In this document: positions 51,637-64,000 of the stretch, piece by piece | Layout of the letters: each line of letters opens with the position of its first letter | Position numbering within the stretch: position 1 is the stretch's first letter | Assembly (NCBI GenBank): GCA_964016885.1 | Contig: OZ024741.1 | Span: forward strand, 363,878,001 to 363,942,000 | Length of the DNA: 64,000 bases | From: Eledone cirrhosa | Taxonomy: Eukaryota | Reading direction: 5' to 3' | The notes under the pieces: model-generated | Seen by the model: the letters and a program-made list of their open reading frames with translations, nothing else | Databases searched by the model: none | Told to the model about the DNA's origin: nothing | Position numbers and translations under genes: made by a program

Positions 51637-53570
51637 GGAGAACATGATATGAAGGCTAAAAAAACACTTGTTGATAGTGCAGTTTTAAATCAACATATGA
51701 AAAGTGGTTTTAGATTGATGTGATATTGGGAAAAATATTTTATTTAGAGAGGGGGGGAGAGAAAAGGATGAAAAGGGAAGGAGATGAGAGGGAGAGATGG
51801 GTGATAGAGAGAAAGAGATAGTTTTTATAACAGAGAGGAGATATATTTTATATAGAGGGGTTGAAAACCGTTGGAAGATACTGTATAAATTAAAAATTTT
51901 GAAAATTAACGAAGGGAGGATATGTGCAAGGAAAAAGTATATTATATTTAGGGAGGGGTGGGGGTGGAAAGGATGAAAAAAAGGGGAGGAGATGAGAGTG
52001 AAGGTGGAAAGGGAGAGATGGGTGATAGAGAGAAAGAGATAGTTTTTATAACTGAGAAAAAGATATGTTTTAATATAGAGAGGTTGGGAACCGTTGGAAG
52101 ATAATGTATAAATTAAAGGAATTTGAAAATTAACGAAGGGAAATTATGTATGGAGATAGAGAGAAAAAAATAACGAAGGGAGATTATGTATGGAGATAGA
52201 GAGAAAAAAAAAAAATAATAATTGTGGGTGAATATTCAAAAGGAGAAATGTAGGAATTTTAAAATTAGCAAAGAGAAAAAGTTTATGTATAGGATTTGAG
52301 AAAAATAATGTGAAGTTAAAGTTTTTATATTGAATTCATATGTATTAATAATGAGTTCGTTGATGGGGAGAAAAAAATAATAATAAATTAAGGATGAAAT
52401 TGAGATTAAAAAGATTTATGATAGAGAGAAAAAATAATAATGATTGCGGATGAATACTCAAAATGTCAAAAACAAATGTTATTGTTTTACGAGGAGATAT
52501 AATGAGGGTGATGAGTAAACGGGTATTATAGAGTGTATAATGCCCTTTAAAGTAAGGTAGATGGGTATATTTTAAAGAATATATGAGTATATATTAAAAA
52601 AAATATATAATAATAAATTAAGGATGAAATTGAGATTAAAAAGATTTATGATAGAGGGAAAAAAAAAAAAAATAATAATGATTGCGGATGAATATTCAAA
52701 ATGTCAAAAACAAATGTTATTGTTTTACGAGAAGATAGGATGAGGTAAATGAGTAAACGAGTACTATAGAGTGTATAATGCCCTTTAAAGTAAGGTAGAT
52801 GGGTATATTTTAAAGAGGTGTATGTATATGTGCCTTTGAGAAAAGATTCTAAATTGATAAAGAATTGAATATTAACTGTATACTTTGTGAAAAGTTCTAT
52901 GGAATTTATGCAGGCAGATGGAAAACAAATCCGAGCGTCTATTTATTATGGATTCTAGGTTAGAGATAATGGTAAATTTTTCATTTAGGCAGAGATTACA
53001 GATTTTAGATAGAGAACTGTTCAAGTACGAGGATGCAGAAGAAATCTTTTTCCAAAAGATGTTATATTTAATGTTTTTGTCTTTTAAGGACCATATGAGT
53101 TCTGAGAGAGCAGTGTTAGTTCTTTTAAGTTTGTATTTGAAAGATGAATGATGATTATAGAGACGAGCTTTAAAAAAGGTGGAAGTGGAGCCAAAATAGG
53201 TGAAGGAGTTGGTGCTAGTTATAATTTTACATTCATAAATTAAGTTTTTATCCCTAAATATAATATACTTTTTCCTCGCACATATCCTCCCTTCGTTAAT
53301 TTTCAAAATTTTTAATTTATACAGTATCTTCCAACGGTTTTCAACCCCTCTATATAAAATATATCTCCTCTCTGTTATAAAAACTATCTCTTTCTCTCTA
53401 TCACCCATCTCTCCCTCTCATCTCCTTCCCTTTTCATCCTTTTCTCTCCCCCCCTCTCTAAATAAAATATTTTTCCCAATATCACACATCAATCTAAAAC
53501 CACTTTTCATATGTTGATTTAAAACTGCACTATCAACAAGTGTTTTTTTAGCCTTCATATCATGTTCTCC

Positions 53571-53641
53571 TGTTTTATCTGATGAAAACACAAATATTAT
53601 TGTTTGATGATGTTTGTTTTTGAAATGCGCATAATAAAATA
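53571..53641 (+). ncRNA. Type I hammerhead ribozyme in the inverted PLE arm
   Basis: tgttttat-CTGATGA-aaac acaaatattat tgtttg atgatgtttgt tttt-GAAA-tgcgc-ATA-ataaaata; 8-bp stem I, long stem II, palindrome ATGCGCAT. Confidence 0.85.
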
Positions 53642-53767
53642 TATTGAACTCCTTTAACCATCTTTTGATCTTATATTATGCATACTCCAGTCCCACAAAC
53701 TGTAGAGTGCTTCTTATCCGATATCTGCATTGCTTTATTGTACTACAATAAAACTCACCTCCTACAT

Positions 53768-54373
53768 ATATAGATATATATATATATATATATATAGATA
53801 TATATATAGATATATAGATATATATAGATATATAGATATATAGATATATATATATAGATATATATATAGATATATAGATATATATAGATATATAGATATA
53901 TATAGATATATAGATATATATAGATATATAGATATATATAGATATATAGATATATATAGATATATAGATATATATAGATATATATATAGATAGATATATA
54001 TAGATATATATATATAGATATAGATATATAGATATAGATATATATATAGATATATATATATAGATATATATATAGATATATATATAGATATATATATATA
54101 TAGATATATATATATAGATATATATATATAGATATTATATAGATATATATATATAGATATATATATAGATAGATATATATAGATATATATATAGATATAT
54201 ATATATAGATATATATATATATATAGATATATATATATAGATATATATATATATATAGATATATATATATAGATATATATATAGATATATATATATATAT
54301 AGTATATATATGTATATATAGATATATATATATATATTAGTATATATAATTATGTATATATAGATATATAGAT
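53768..54373. repeat. (TA)n/TAGA microsatellite
   Basis: Direct inspection. Confidence 0.98.
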
Positions 54374-54573
54374 NNNNNNNNNNNNNNNNNNNNNNNNNNN
54401 NNNNNNNNNNNNNNNNNNNNNNNNNNNNNNNNNNNNNNNNNNNNNNNNNNNNNNNNNNNNNNNNNNNNNNNNNNNNNNNNNNNNNNNNNNNNNNNNNNNN
54501 NNNNNNNNNNNNNNNNNNNNNNNNNNNNNNNNNNNNNNNNNNNNNNNNNNNNNNNNNNNNNNNNNNNNNNNNN
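54374..54573. other. Assembly gap (200 N)
   Basis: Run of N. Confidence 1.
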
Positions 54574-55778
54574 GATCACAGGTAAGCTAACTAAGAACAA
54601 GATTTTACATGTGGCCGTGCTCTGGTGCAATAAGTAGCAGCAAGTGCCCACAAAATACTAGCTCCTTCAAACTGCGCAGAGGGTTCTATAGAATAGTGGA
54701 CAGCTTCGTTATCTGGGTGACAAAATCAGCAGTGGGGGAGGGTGCTCTGAAAGTACAGTAGCTAGAGTCAGACTGGATGGAAAAGTTCAGAGAGCTTATA
54801 CCACTATTAGCCGCTAGAGGGTTCTCCCTAAAAATGAAAGGCAGGTTATACGATGCCTGCATACGAACAGCAATGCTGCATGGCAGTGAGACCTGGGCAT
54901 TGTGTGCAGAGGATATACGCAGACTAGAGAGGAACGAAGCTTGCATGCTCCGCTGGATGTGCAATAGTAATATACGTGAACGGCAAAGCATAAACGAACT
55001 AAGGAAAAAATTAGAAATAAGAGGGATCAGATGTTGTTTACTCGAGAGAAGGCTACGTTGGGTACGGTCACGTGATGCGCATGAAAGACGACAGCTGTAT
55101 AACAAAGTGCAGGGCAATAAGATAGACGGTAGCCACGAGTAGGCAGACCCAGAAAAACATGGGACGAGCTGATAAATTCCGACCTCACACGCTTACACCT
55201 CTCAAGACAATGTCACTGGACCGAGACCTTTGGCGGTACTCAGTAATAGAGAAGACCCGCCTTACCTAAATACAAAGTAAAAACCTACTACAGTCAGTAG
55301 GCATCTCTATCAAAACACACCCCGTCCCACAACCCTCCACCCCACCCACACCGCCCCTTTCAAATGTAAAGTTATGTTGGTCCCACAACATCCAGGCCGA
55401 AACAAATGAGATCGTGTAGGTGTCACGACAAAAAACACACAGTCCACGCTGTAAATGTGGCCGTGTAGGCAACACGGTAAAAACCTCCCAGCCCCACACT
55501 GTAAATGTGGTTGGTGTTAGGAAGGGCATCCAGCTGTAGAAAACCCGCCAGACAGTCCACGCTGTATGTGGCCGTGTAGGCAACACGGTAAAAAACTCCC
55601 CAGCCCCACACTGTAAATGTGGTTGGTGTTAGGAAGGGCATCCAACTGTAGAAAACCCGCCAGACAGTCCTACGCGAGCAAGACAACCACTCTTGCCTCA
55701 AGTGGGGAAAACCCCCGGTCCAAACCCATGCAAGCGTGGAACACGGACGCTAAACCTGATGATGATGATGATGATGAC
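54574..55778 (+). mobile_element. RTE LINE 3' part starting at the gap; many small indels
   Basis: Collinear with 56857-57920; the frameshifts may be contig-end errors. Confidence 0.92.
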
Positions 55779-55830
55779 ATATTATATATATACATATATA
55801 TATACATATATTATATATATATATATATAT

Positions 55831-55909
<79 letters not shown>

Positions 55910-55924
55910 TATTTATATACACAC

Positions 55925-55966
<42 letters not shown>

Positions 55967-55990
55967 AATATATATTATATATATATATAT

Positions 55991-56039
<49 letters not shown>

Positions 56040-56059
56040 ATATATATTATATATATATA

Positions 56060-56104
<45 letters not shown>

Positions 56105-56105
56105 A
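55779..56105. repeat. (TA)n/CA microsatellite
   Basis: Direct inspection. Confidence 0.98.
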
Positions 56106-57921
56106 TAAAGGAGACGCCCTAGATAGGAGTAACTATAGAGGCATTAAATTAATCGACCAGGTCATGAAGGTCACGGAAAAAGTAATAGCGCAACTAATCA
56201 GAGAGAGAATTGATCTAGATGAAATGCAGTTCGGGTTTGTGTCAGGCAAAAGCACCACAGACGCTCTTTTCATAGTACGACAACTACAGGAGAAGTACCT
56301 AGCTAAAGGTAAACCCCTCTACTTAGCTTTTGTCGACCTGGAGAAAGCCTTCGACAGAGTCCCCCGCTCCATTATCTGGTGGGCTCTTAGAAAACTAGGC
56401 GTTGACGAATGGCTTGTGAGGGCTACACAAGCCATGTATAAAGAAACAGTCAGCAAGGTTAGAATTAACAACGAATATAGTGAAGAGTTTAGCGTAAAAG
56501 TTGGCGTCCATCAGGGCTCTGTTCTCAGCCCCCTACTATTTATTATTGCCCTTCAGGCTATAACAGAGGAGTTCAAGACAGGCTGCCCATGGGAACTCCT
56601 ATACGCAGACGACCTGACACTCATAGCGGAATCAATGGCCGAGCTAGAGAAGAAATTCCAAACATGGAAGCACGGCCTAGAGTCAAAAGGACTTAAAATT
56701 AACCTGGCTAAGACCAAAGTTCTAGTTTGTAGGAAAGAAAACAAGGCGGCGGTCCCTTCTGGGAAATGGTCGTGCTCGGTATGTAGGAAAGGCGTAGGTA
56801 GAAACTCCATCTTATGTCCTAAATGCAAAGTATGGGTGCATAAAAGATGTAGTGGGATCACAGGTAAGCTAACTAAGAACATAGACTTTACATGTGGCCG
56901 GTGTTCTGGTGCAATAAGTAGCAGCAAGTGCCCACAAAATACTAGCTCTTTCAATTGCGCAGAGGGTTCTATAGAAATAGTGGACAGCTTCCGTTACCTG
57001 GGCGATAAAATCAGCAGTGGGGGAGGGTGCTCTGAAAGTACTGTAGCTAGAGTCAGAACTGGTTGGAAAAAGTTCAGAGAGCTTATACCACTATTAGCTG
57101 CTAAAGGGTTCTCCCTAAAAATGAAAGGCAGGTTGTACGATGCCTGCATACGAACAGCAATGTTGCATGGTAGTGAGACCTGGGCATTGTGTGCAGAGGA
57201 TATACGCAGACTAGAGAGGAACGAAGCTTGCATGCTCCGCTGGATGTGTAACAGTAATATACGTGAACGGCAAAGCATAAACGAACTAAGGAAAAAATTA
57301 GAGATAAGAGGGATCAGATGTTGTTTACTCGAGAGAAGGCTGCGTTGGTATGGACACGTGATGCGCATGAAAGTCGATAGCTGTATTACAAAGTGCAGGG
57401 CAATAAAGATAGACGGTAGCCACGGAATAGGCAGACCTAGAAAAACATGGGATGAGCTGATAAACTCCGACCTCACACACTTACACCTCTCCAAGACAAC
57501 GTCACTGGACCGTGACCTTTGGCGGTACTCAGTAACAGAGAAGACCCGCCTTGCCAGTAGGCATATCTAACAAAATACACCCCTCCCGCCGCCACCCCCA
57601 CCCCATCCACACCACCCCGTTCTATGTAAAGTTATGTTGGTGCCGCGCCATCCAGGCCGAAACAAATGAGATCGTGTAGGTGTCACGACAAAAAAACACA
57701 CAGTCCACGCTGTAATGTGGCCGTGTAGGCAACACGGTAAAAACCTCCCAGACCCACACTGTAAATGTGGTTGGTGTTAGGAAGGGCATCCAACTGTAGA
57801 AAACCTGCCAGACAGTCCTATGCGAGCAAGACAATCACTCTTGCCTCAAGTGGGACTACCCCCGTCCAAACCCATGCAAGCGTGGAACACGGACGTTAAA
57901 CGTTGATGATGATGATGATGA
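56106..57921 (+). mobile_element. Young RTE LINE, 5'-truncated, open RT ORF to 57570
   Basis: 468+ aa almost identical to the 48593-50458 ORF; YADD at 56602-56613; GAT tail. Confidence 0.96.
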
Positions 57922-59204
<1,283 letters not shown>

Positions 59205-60485
59205 AAAGAATGAATAATAACAGGTAGACATCATAAAAAGGTAGTTTATTTTGTGTGCTTACAAGTGTTTCCACGGTGGTGCTGCAGCCTAGTTCCGCTA
59301 CGTGCAAATTCACAAGTATTTGCAGAACTCGAATATCCAATGCTGTGACCACTGTTTCCTCAGAGCAGAATGGTAAATATACAATGTAAAAACCCTTAAG
59401 TGGGGTTGTTGGGGAAGATAGAGTGGAACAGGAAGAGAGAAAAGTAGGGAAGATGGAGAGAGAAGGAAAGATATGCAGGGGTTGGAGAAGTAGGAGAGAG
59501 TGGCTTGTAGATATCTTAATCAAAATGTTATGGTAGGGGTTTTATTAGTTACTTTTGGAGAGATGCGTAGATAGTTGAGGTCGGAATTATTTATTGCCCA
59601 AGAGGTCAAGTTCATAGATGTTGAGAGGGAGGTAGGTCAAAGGTGAGAGAGAGAGAGTGTAATGGATGTAGAGAGAGATATATAGGTAGAGAGGGGACAG
59701 ATAAAGTATATGTGGTGAGTGAACTTTTGGTTTTGTAGTAGTAATCTAGGAATTGTACTGAGTTACCATGTATAGTGATAAGCAGTGTATTGTCTTGTAG
59801 TGTGGGGGAGAAGAGAAGGTTGTTAGCTAGAAAGTGGTGTTGTAGTTATGGGTTCGAATGTTAAGTTATTTTATAGTGAGAGAATTTAGCTTTTAGTTTG
59901 TGGTTGCAGTATAATGATCGTTCAATTCTTTCGTTAAGTAGTTTGTTTTGGGATTTTAGTATGTAAAATAGCTCAAGGTTACATAACCTGCAGTACTTCA
60001 ATCCACTCCGATATGCATTTGCCCTGGAAAGTATATCCCATTTTAAGGTGAACTGTTGGTTGCGTTCACGGAGTTGCCAGGTCTTGTTGGCAAGCGTGGT
60101 CACAAAACGGTGATTCTGATGTTTGATTGAGAATCGATGACGGTACCAGCGAGATTTAAACGATGTGGTGGTAGATCCGATATAATACCATTTCTGGTCG
60201 TCCGATTCAACAGTGCATTGGTAAACAATGTTGGACTTTAGGCATTCATTCTGCAATGGACATCTTTCAGGTAGATGGCAGTTACATGCTTTGTTGTGGG
60301 TAGCGGGTATACCATGGATAGGTTGTGATAGCGGTACAGGTGGGTTGTGCAATACCCGTCTCCCATTTAGTGGTTGGGAGGCAGATATTGCGTTCTGCCC
60401 ATCTGTTACTAAAATGTTTTGTTTTGTAGAGTTAAGTTTTTTTATGTATGCTTCAAGGTTTGGTGCCGTGGAGTATGATAGTCTA
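59205..60485 (-). mobile_element. Second Penelope-like element (different family), GIY-YIG endonuclease C-terminus 59861-60485
   Basis: [57 protein letters not shown]; both ends lie in (TA)n. Confidence 0.92.
59256..59367 (-). ncRNA. Type I hammerhead with a greatly extended stem II
   Basis: Minus strand: tgct-CTGAGGA-a acagtggt...accaccgt g-GAAA-cactt-GTA-agca. Confidence 0.72.
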
Positions 60486-60489
60486 ATAT

Positions 60490-60522
<33 letters not shown>

Positions 60523-60534
60523 GTGTATATATAT

Positions 60535-60663
<129 letters not shown>

Positions 60664-60664
60664 T

Positions 60665-60998
60665 ATCATCATCATTTTTACGTCCCCTTTTCCCTGCTTG
60701 CAAGGGTGGGACGGGAACTGATTCTGGCTTGATTTCTACAGCTGGATGTCCTTCCTAACACCAACCTCATTTACAGTGAGTGATGGGTGCTTTTTTGCCG
60801 TGGCACCTCCACCTTCGACTTTGCAGTGGAATGATATGGACCCCAGTCCCTATCATCTCATTTCTACAGCTGAGTAAACTGGAGCAATGTGAAATAAAGT
60901 GTCTTGCTCAAGGAAACAACAGATCACCCGGTCTGAGAATTGAACTCACAGCCTTTCGATTGCAAGGCCAATGCTCTAACCACTAAGCCATGTGCCTC
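60665..60998 (-). mobile_element. tRNA-headed SINE with CORE-like body and RTE-type 3' end
   Basis: Head ggcacatggcttagtggttagagc..gagttcaattc, core ttgagcaagacac, then ggaaggacatccagctgtagaaa and a GAT tail. Confidence 0.75.
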
Positions 60999-62318
<1,320 letters not shown>

Positions 62319-63191
62319 AAATTCTCTTTTACCTGTTTCAGCCATCCGGCTGAGGCCATGCTGGGGCACCGCCCTTGTTGCTACACATTTTATCTCCAGC
62401 CTGTATAGGTTGGCCACTCGTGTAGGAGGGAGTTTGTTGCTGCTGCCCTTAGGTTTCCCTCGTGTCTTGCTGTGGGCTCATCCGGGATCCTGGATAACAA
62501 GGTGTCGAGATGTTTCTTAAAGACATCCACCTCCACGTCATGCAAGTCTCGCAGATGCCTCGGCAGCCTGTTGAAGAGTTGAGGGCCCTTGAATCCCAGG
62601 CTATTGCAATACCTGCTCCTTATTCTAGATGTGGAAGACGGGACCTTTGGCACCACACAGTGACGTCCTGTTCGACGGTTGGTCCAGCTCCCAATGCCAA
62701 AGTTTGGTGCTAGTCCCTCCAGGATTTTCCACATGTAGATCACTGCGTATCTCTCCCGTAGAGTAGAGGTTCAGTTCCTTCAGCCTCTCCCAGTAGCTTG
62801 TCTCCCTCATCTTAGCAATCCTCTTGGTGTAGCTTCGCTGGATTGCCTCAAGCTCTGTGGTTAGTTTGACACTATGGGGTGACCACAGCTGGGAGCAGTA
62901 GTCCAGGCGGCTTAGGACAAAAGTCCTCCACAGTGTCAACATGGTGTCTCGATCTCTTGTAAGGAAAGTCCTCAAGATCCAGCCAGCGAATCGTCTACAT
63001 GCTGTCGCCACCTTCATGATGTGTGAAGAAAAAGATGCATCATGGCTCATGTCTATGCCCAGGTCTCGTATCGATTTTGACACGGGGATATCGGTCCCTC
63101 CTGGTCCTGTGTAGCTGTGTTCCGCTATATTTGTGTTTGTGTTTGCAGGTTTGTATTGTAGGGCTTGGAATTTGCCAGCATTAGACTGCAT
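62319..63191 (-). mobile_element. CR1/L2-group LINE 3' fragment, one frameshift
   Basis: [45 protein letters not shown] / [31 protein letters not shown]. Confidence 0.9.
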
Positions 63192-63623
63192 ATATACACA
63201 TATATTATATATATATATATATATATGTGTATATATATATATATATATACACATATATATATATATACACATATATATATATATATATATATACATATAT
63301 ACACATATATATATATACACATATATATATACATATATATATACATATATACACATATATATATATACACATATATATATATACATATATATACATATAT
63401 ACACATATATATATATACACATATATACATATATACACATATATATATATACACATATATATATATACATATATATATATACATATATATATATACACAT
63501 ATATATATACACATATATACATATATATATATACATATATACACATATATATATATACATATATACACATATATATATATACATATATACACATATATAT
63601 ATATATATATATATACATATATA

Positions 63624-63657
<34 letters not shown>

Positions 63658-63658
63658 T

Positions 63659-63697
<39 letters not shown>

Positions 63698-63699
63698 TA

Positions 63700-63733
<34 letters not shown>

Positions 63734-63734
63734 T

Positions 63735-63771
<37 letters not shown>

Positions 63772-63839
63772 TACACATATATATATATATATATACATAT
63801 ATACACATATATATATATATACATATATACACATATATA

Positions 63840-63873
<34 letters not shown>

Positions 63874-63938
63874 TACACATATATATATATATATATACAT
63901 ATATACACATATATATATATATATATATATACATATAT

Positions 63939-63977
<39 letters not shown>

Positions 63978-64000
63978 TACACATATATATATATATATAC
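63192..64000. repeat. TA microsatellite with TACATATATACACA unit
   Basis: Direct inspection. Confidence 0.98.

Larger units (their letters stand above)
51529..53767 (-). mobile_element. Penelope-like element, 5'-truncated, with inverted terminal copy (GIY-YIG fragment 52872-53250)
   Basis: NLIYEC..YFGSTSTFFKARLYNH..TALSELIWSLKD..CNLCLNEK..C.HK; 51529-51954 is inverted at 53251-53678; internal tandem duplications in the 3'UTR. Confidence 0.9.

Noticed and set aside
53251-53408. N-terminal part of ORF 52872..53408
   Set aside because: It reads through the inverted UTR arm; only 52872-53250 is GIY-YIG coding.
54574-55210. Apparent rapid decay of one RTE copy
   Set aside because: Indels cluster at a contig end next to the gap; likely sequencing error.
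62319-63191. Horizontal transfer of the CR1-like element
   Set aside because: Resemblance to elements of other marine invertebrates is from memory only; it needs a phylogeny.

Overview
AT-rich, repeat-dense animal DNA, most likely from an octopod cephalopod (inferred from the SINE/LINE repertoire and (TA)n density). The only host gene I can support is a PACSIN/syndapin F-BAR gene on the minus strand. Six coding exons (47018-46811, 26815-26616, 18034-17897, 15393-15268, 9769-9669, 8989-8869) splice in frame with GT-AG sites into about 298 aa; the SH3 exons and the 5'UTR exon appear to lie outside the window. The rest is intron filled with retroelements (RTE, CR1-like, CRE-like and RTEX-like LINEs, two Penelope-like GIY-YIG elements, tRNA-derived SINEs), MITEs, and a 16-kb (TA)n nest at 47.9-64 kb containing a 200-N gap. 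The main signals missing from the ORF track are: (1) at least six recognisable type I hammerhead ribozyme cores from about four unrelated sequence families, including a tandem retrozyme-like dimer predicted to release a 328-nt RNA; (2) a C4HC3 PHD-type finger inside the RTE reverse transcriptase; (3) tandem GNRA-hairpin plus H-type pseudoknot modules with covariation in the RTE 3'UTR; (4) an antisense promoter-like island with a mini-intron. Everything was read by eye; no searches or folding programs were run.
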